From Thermovirgaceae bacterium (GTDB lineage Bacteria > Synergistota > Synergistia > Synergistales > Thermovirgaceae), in NCBI GenBank assembly GCA_046542505.1, contig JBKHBH010000030.1, positions 1 to 20,348 on the forward strand: DNA of 20,348 nucleotides, in the 5' to 3' direction. The notes under the pieces were generated by a model. The model did not search any database. It saw only the letters and a list, made by a program, of their open reading frames with translations, and was not told the DNA's origin. A program made the translations under genes and the position numbers. Below, piece by piece: positions 15,528 through 20,348 of this stretch. Position 1 is the stretch's first letter. Each line of letters begins with the position of its first letter.

Positions 15528-17534
15528 ATGACGGTCAAGCACAACCGTGATCATCAGTCTCACCACATTCATATGGTTGCCGATTTCAGGAGACGCTTCT
15601 GGGGTTCCCTTGTCCTGACCTTTCCGGTACTCGTCTTGTCCCCGATGGTCCAGGAATTGCTGGGACTCGCCGACGTCCTGTCCTTTCCCAAAGACGACAT
15701 CCTGCAATGGGCCCTGTCCTCGATTATTTTCGTCTATGGAGGATGGCCCTTCCTTAAGGGCTTGGGCGATGAGCTTCGGGAAAAGAACCCCGGAATGATG
15801 ACCCTGATAGCCCTGGCGGTTACCGTAGCCTACGGGTACAGCTCCGCTGTTGTTTTCGGCCTTCGGGGGAAGGTTTTCTTCTGGGAGTTGGCAACCCTGA
15901 TCGATGTAATGCTTCTGGGCCACTGGATCGAGATGAGATCCGTGATGGGGGCTTCCAGGGCGCTAGAGAGCCTGGTTGAGCTCATGCCTTCCGAAGCCCA
16001 CCGCATTACCGAAGAAGGAGAAATAAAGGATGTCGCCGTCAGCGAGCTGGAAATCGGAGAGCGGGTTGTCGTCAAGCCAGGAGAAAAGATACCCATTGAC
16101 GGGGAAATCATCGAGGGCCGCACGACCATCAACGAAGCCATGCTGACGGGAGAAAGCAAACCTGTGGAAAAAGAAGAGGGTGAAGAGGCCATAGGCGGTT
16201 CGGTCAACGGCGAATCGGCCTTCACCATGAAAGTCAAAAAGACGGGAGAAAAGACATATCTTGCCCAAGTCATAGATATGGTTAAAAAAGCCCAGGATTC
16301 GCGGTCAAGGTCCCAGGACATCGCCAATCGAGCAGCCTTCTGGTTGACGGTTATCGCTCTTTCCGTCGGGGGTGCCACACTTGTCACGTGGCTGAAACTG
16401 GGGGCTTCCTTCGACTTTTCTCTCGAAAGGATGGTGACCGTAATGGTTGTGACCTGCCCGCATGCCCTGGGCCTTGCCGTTCCGTTGGTGGTGGCCGTTT
16501 CCACGGCCAAATCCGCGGCTGCAGGCCTACTCATCCGCGATCGTTCGGCTTTTGAGCGGGCCCGGGACGTGAATGCCGTCCTTTTCGACAAGACCGGAAC
16601 TCTCACCGAGGGGCGTTTCGGAGTGACGGATGTCATCAGCGTCACAGACAAAGATGAGGAGGAAGTTCTCAAGCTTGCCGCCTCGCTGGAAAGCATGTCC
16701 GAGCACCCCATCGCCCGGGGTATCGTCGAAGCGGCTCAAAACCGCGGCATCGGCCACTCCGCCCCGACTGACTTCAAAGCCATTCCCGGCAAGGGTGCCC
16801 ATGCCGTTGTCGAGGGACGCGATATCAAGGTTGTCAATCCCGGATATCTTGAGGAAAAAGGTATTGAAAGCGGTGGTAACGGAGCAGAAGAGGTTGCAAA
16901 AGAGGGCAAGACGGTGGTCTATATCCTTGAAAAAGACGAGGTAATAGGCGCAATCGCCCTTGCCGACATCATCAGGCCTGAATCGCGTGAGGCGATGGAT
17001 CGCCTGAAAAAAATGGGTATTGAGACCATGATGCTTACCGGAGATGCGGAAGCCGTTGCGAAATGGGTGGCCGAGGAGCTGGGGATTGAGGAATATTTTG
17101 CCGGAGTGCTGCCGGACAAAAAGGCCGACAAGGTGAAGGAAGTTCAGGACCGCGGACTTGTGGTCGCTATGACGGGCGATGGCGTCAACGACGCTCCCGC
17201 GCTCACGCAGGCCGATGTCGGCATAGCGATTGGTGCAGGTACCGACGTGGCCGTCGAGTCGGCGGATATTGTTCTCGTGAGAAGTGACCCGAGGGATGTC
17301 ACGGCCATTATGGCCCTGGCCCGTGCGACCTACAGGAAGATGGTCCAGAACCTGATCTGGGCGACGGCCTACAACGTCATTGCAATACCCCTTGCCGCAG
17401 GTGTCCTGTACAAGACAGGTTTTGTCATGTCTCCCGCGGCAGGTGCAGCCCTTATGGCGCTTTCTACGGTGATTGTTGCCGTCAACGCCCGTTTTCTCAA
17501 TGTGGAAAAGGAAGGTGCCTATTCAGGTCCGTAA
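15528..17534 (+). CDS. copB: Copper-translocating P1B-type ATPase (CopB-like, P1B-3)
   Basis: TGES, intramembrane CPH, DKTGT, SEHP, GDGVNDAP, YN in TM7 and a His-containing N-terminus. The start was moved to ATG 15528 because AAGGAG lies at 15515-15520. Confidence 0.88.
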   Translation: MTVKHNRDHQSHHIHMVADFRRRFWGSLVLTFPVLVLSPMVQELLGLADVLSFPKDDILQWALSSIIFVYGGWPFLKGLGDELREKNPGMMTLIALAVTVAYGYSSAVVFGLRGKVFFWELATLIDVMLLGHWIEMRSVMGASRALESLVELMPSEAHRITEEGEIKDVAVSELEIGERVVVKPGEKIPIDGEIIEGRTTINEAMLTGESKPVEKEEGEEAIGGSVNGESAFTMKVKKTGEKTYLAQVIDMVKKAQDSRSRSQDIANRAAFWLTVIALSVGGATLVTWLKLGASFDFSLERMVTVMVVTCPHALGLAVPLVVAVSTAKSAAAGLLIRDRSAFERARDVNAVLFDKTGTLTEGRFGVTDVISVTDKDEEEVLKLAASLESMSEHPIARGIVEAAQNRGIGHSAPTDFKAIPGKGAHAVVEGRDIKVVNPGYLEEKGIESGGNGAEEVAKEGKTVVYILEKDEVIGAIALADIIRPESREAMDRLKKMGIETMMLTGDAEAVAKWVAEELGIEEYFAGVLPDKKADKVKEVQDRGLVVAMTGDGVNDAPALTQADVGIAIGAGTDVAVESADIVLVRSDPRDVTAIMALARATYRKMVQNLIWATAYNVIAIPLAAGVLYKTGFVMSPAAGAALMALSTVIVAVNARFLNVEKEGAYSGP

Positions 17535-17640
17535 AGAAGAGCCGGCCAGGTGTTGGAACAGGATTTCGCAATATTGACGGTATTCTTGTGTTTCCACGTA
17601 AAATAGTACTTGTTTGAAATCACCGAGTTGGAGGTGTAAC

Positions 17641-18846
17641 ATGCCCGGATTTGCACAGCGAATGAAGACAATGGAAAAGTCGGCGCGGATCATCAGGAAT
17701 CTTTTCGGTGCCATGAACGATCCCGGGATGATTTCTTTAGCCGGTGGGGCGCCGGCCAAAGAAGCGCTGCCTGTCGATGTTGTCAGGGAAATTGCAGACG
17801 ACATCCTGAGATCTGACCAAAGAGGGGTGGAAGCCCTGCAATATGGCAACCCCCAGGGTGTCCTTGATCTCAGGGAAGCCGTGGTATCGGATCTTCTGGC
17901 CCCGAAGGGCGTCGAAGCAAGGCCGGAAAATATCCTCATTACAAGCGGCGGGCTTGAAGGAATCAACCTGTTGTGCCAGCTTTTCATAGATCCAGGCGAC
18001 GTGATACTGGTGGAATCTCCTACCTTTGTCCACTGCGTGGAGATCTTCGAGATGTTCCAGGCCAGCTGCGTTGCCGTTGCCATGGATGATCAGGGAATGG
18101 TCCCCGAAGACCTGGAGGAAAAGATCAGACGGCACGGTCCGAAAATGGTCTACCTGATCCCCACTTTCCACAACCCCACGGGGAGGACTTTGTCTCTTGA
18201 AAGACGGAAGAAGATCGCCGATCTGGGAAGTCTCCATGATGTGATCATCCTCGAGGACGACCCTTACAGGGACATCAGGTACAGTGGCGAGGATCTGAAA
18301 CCCATAAAGGCATTTGACGAGACGGGACACACCGTCCTGGCGAACAGCTTTTCGAAAATTTTCTCGCCCGGGAGCCGGCTCGGCTACGTTTTCGCAAGCG
18401 ATGAGGTCATTTCAAAGCTCTTCGACGCCAAGACGGCCACGAATTCCCACACGTCCATGCTGCCACAAGTCATTTGTGCCGAATTCTTCAAACGGGGCTA
18501 TTATCCGGTACATCACGAAATGATCTGCGACCTCTATCGCAAAAGACGGGACGCGATGATCGAGTGCATTGACCAATTCTTCCCCGAAGGAACTAAGCGG
18601 ACCTTCCCCGACGGCGGCCTTTTCACCTGGGCGGAGCTTCCGGGGCATATCGACACCACGGAATTGCTGGTGGAAGCCGTTACCAGCCCTGATGTCAAGG
18701 TCGCCTTCGTGGCGGGGGAAGGCTTTTACATCGAAGGCGGGGGTAAGGGGAAAAACTGCATGAGGCTCAGCTTCGGCAGTGTAAAGCCGCAGAGAATCAA
18801 AAGCGGCATGGAAAAACTGGGCGGCCTGGTCCTTTCCAGGGTATGA
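17641..18846 (+). CDS. PLP-dependent aminotransferase class I/II (LysN/ARO8-like, no DNA-binding domain)
   Basis: ISLAGGAP, LQYG, PTFHNPTG, EDDPY, SFSKIFSPGSRLG (PLP lysine), GGLF and RLSF. ATG 17641 follows a GGAGGTG RBS. Confidence 0.9.
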   Translation: MPGFAQRMKTMEKSARIIRNLFGAMNDPGMISLAGGAPAKEALPVDVVREIADDILRSDQRGVEALQYGNPQGVLDLREAVVSDLLAPKGVEARPENILITSGGLEGINLLCQLFIDPGDVILVESPTFVHCVEIFEMFQASCVAVAMDDQGMVPEDLEEKIRRHGPKMVYLIPTFHNPTGRTLSLERRKKIADLGSLHDVIILEDDPYRDIRYSGEDLKPIKAFDETGHTVLANSFSKIFSPGSRLGYVFASDEVISKLFDAKTATNSHTSMLPQVICAEFFKRGYYPVHHEMICDLYRKRRDAMIECIDQFFPEGTKRTFPDGGLFTWAELPGHIDTTELLVEAVTSPDVKVAFVAGEGFYIEGGGKGKNCMRLSFGSVKPQRIKSGMEKLGGLVLSRV

Positions 18847-18874
18847 GAGCCGAAAGTCGGGAGTGATCCGATTC

Positions 18875-19621
18875 ATGTTTGAGACATTCATGTACGAATT
18901 TTTCGGGGCCTTGCCCCGCCAGGGCCCCGGAGACAGGGATTCGACCAGGAAAGCGTTCGGGATGGTTGAGGAGTTGCCTGAAAAGCCGGAGATCCTTGAT
19001 CTCGGGTGCGGCACAGGAAAACAGACTCTGGATCTGGCATCCCTGACACCGGGTCGAATCACCGCCGTTGACAATTACGGGCCCTTTCTGGAAAGGCTCC
19101 GCGAAAATGTCCTCAAAAGCAATCTTTCGGCGGAGGTCCGTCCTGTCCTCGGCGAAATGGCGCTTCTGGATTTTCCTCCGGGAAGCTTTGATCTCATATG
19201 GTGTGAGGCGGCGGCGTACATCATCGGTTTCCGCAAGGCCCTCAAAGACTGGAGGCCCTTTCTCCGCAAAGGCGGGAGCATGGTGATCAGCGAGCTCGCC
19301 TGGCTCAGAAAGGATCCGCCGACGGAAGCCAGGGAGTTCTGGCAGGAAGAATATCCCGGGATGAGATATTTCGAGGACCACTCCGAGGCAGTGAAAGAAG
19401 CCGGGTATGATCTCACCGGATATTTCAGGCTGCCGGACCACTCCTGGTGGACCGATTTTTATGGCCCCATGGAAGAGAAAATAGCCAGCGAAAGAAAAGA
19501 CCAGCCCAGTGACAGCAACAGGTCGGAATTTTTCGATTCACTGGAGACGGAACTGGATATGCACAGAAAATACCGGGAATATTACGGGTATATGTTCTTT
19601 GTCATGAGAAAGAGAGGCTGA
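18875..19621 (+). CDS. Class I SAM-dependent methyltransferase
   Basis: Motif I (ILDLGCGTG), SFDLIWCE, LRKGG and an N-terminal LPRQGPG. The start could be 18863, 18875 or 18890. Confidence 0.88.
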   Translation: MFETFMYEFFGALPRQGPGDRDSTRKAFGMVEELPEKPEILDLGCGTGKQTLDLASLTPGRITAVDNYGPFLERLRENVLKSNLSAEVRPVLGEMALLDFPPGSFDLIWCEAAAYIIGFRKALKDWRPFLRKGGSMVISELAWLRKDPPTEAREFWQEEYPGMRYFEDHSEAVKEAGYDLTGYFRLPDHSWWTDFYGPMEEKIASERKDQPSDSNRSEFFDSLETELDMHRKYREYYGYMFFVMRKRG

Positions 19622-19626
19622 GCCCG

Positions 19627-20348
19627 ATGGCTCGTACCAGAAAACCCTCAGTTGATGACGTTACCCCAGGCGTTCCGGAGAGGAAGGGAAGGACCTGGCC
19701 TTTTCCCCGGGCAACGGCCTTTTTGCTTGTTCTTTTGCTTTTCGTCGCGAAAAATACAGCAGCGGGACAATCCCGGGAGGATTGGCCCCATGTGGCTTTT
19801 TCAGAAGACGGAACGCCGATTTCCTGGGAGACTCACGGTGAGGGGGAACCGGCCCTTGTTTTTGTCCATGGCTGGAGCTGCGACGCCAGGTACTGGAAGA
19901 AGCAGGTGCCCGTATTTTCGAAAACACGCCGGGTGATAACCATGGATCTGGCCGGGCACGGCCATTCCGGAATGAATCGGAAACAGTACACCATGGCATC
20001 TTTCGGCGAGGATGTCCGGGCCGTCGTCGAGGCAGCCGCGGCCGTGAAGGTTATCCTCGTAGGCCATTCCATGGGTGGTTCCGTGATCGCCGAGGCGGCG
20101 AAAATCATGCCGGAACAAGTCATCGGCCTCATAGGGGTGGACACCCTCGAAAACGTGGGGTATCGGATGAGTTCCGAAGAAGCAAAAATGATGGTCGCCC
20201 CCTTCGAGCAGGATTTTCCGTCGGCGACGAAGGAATTCGTGAGCGGGATGATACAAAAAGACACAGATACCGAACTGCGGCACTGGATTGTCTCCGACAT
20301 GGCGAGCGCACCACCGACAGTGGCTGTGAGCGCTATGAAAGAAATGGT
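19627..20348 (+). CDS. Alpha/beta hydrolase with an N-terminal signal or membrane segment (partial, runs off the window)
   Basis: Translated by hand from ATG 19627 with no stop before the window end: MARTRKP...AFLLVLLLFVAKNTAAG...DGTPISW...LVFVHGWSCD...MDLAGHGHS...ILVGHSMGG. It has the oxyanion HG and the G-x-S-x-G nucleophile elbow. Confidence 0.9.
   Translation, partial: MARTRKPSVDDVTPGVPERKGRTWPFPRATAFLLVLLLFVAKNTAAGQSREDWPHVAFSEDGTPISWETHGEGEPALVFVHGWSCDARYWKKQVPVFSKTRRVITMDLAGHGHSGMNRKQYTMASFGEDVRAVVEAAAAVKVILVGHSMGGSVIAEAAKIMPEQVIGLIGVDTLENVGYRMSSEEAKMMVAPFEQDFPSATKEFVSGMIQKDTDTELRHWIVSDMASAPPTVAVSAMKEM

Noticed and set aside
1..20348. Mobile elements, CRISPR arrays, tRNA/rRNA or known anti-phage defence genes
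   Set aside because: I recognised no transposase or integrase motifs, regularly spaced repeats, structural RNA genes or defence domains.

Overview
Bacterial chromosomal window with a moderately high GC content. The amino-acid-catabolic gene set plus an OmpA-domain exported protein would fit an anaerobic fermenter such as a member of Synergistota, but that is only an impression. From left to right it carries: an OmpA-domain protein and a Cys-rich exported hypothetical protein (+); a GNAT acetyltransferase behind a clear c-di-AMP (ydaO/yuaA) riboswitch, methionine gamma-lyase and type I glutamine synthetase (-); a 4-oxalocrotonate tautomerase-family gene and a PaaK-like CoA ligase (+); and a tightly coupled four-gene operon (-) converging on them. 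That operon encodes a LuxC-like acyl reductase fused to a PaaK-like adenylation domain, an RsbW-like anti-sigma/kinase domain fused to GNAT, a LuxE-like acyl-protein synthetase and an MFS transporter. After it come a CPH-type P1B ATPase, a PLP aminotransferase, a SAM methyltransferase and a window-truncated alpha/beta hydrolase that is missing from the ORF track (+). The best candidate for an undescribed system is the luciferase-less, LuxD-less Lux-type acyl-reduction operon with its embedded partner-switching kinase-GNAT fusion. Second is the c-di-AMP riboswitch controlling a lone acetyltransferase. I saw no mobile elements, CRISPR arrays, tRNA or rRNA genes. All product calls come from motif recognition by eye; no database searches were run.
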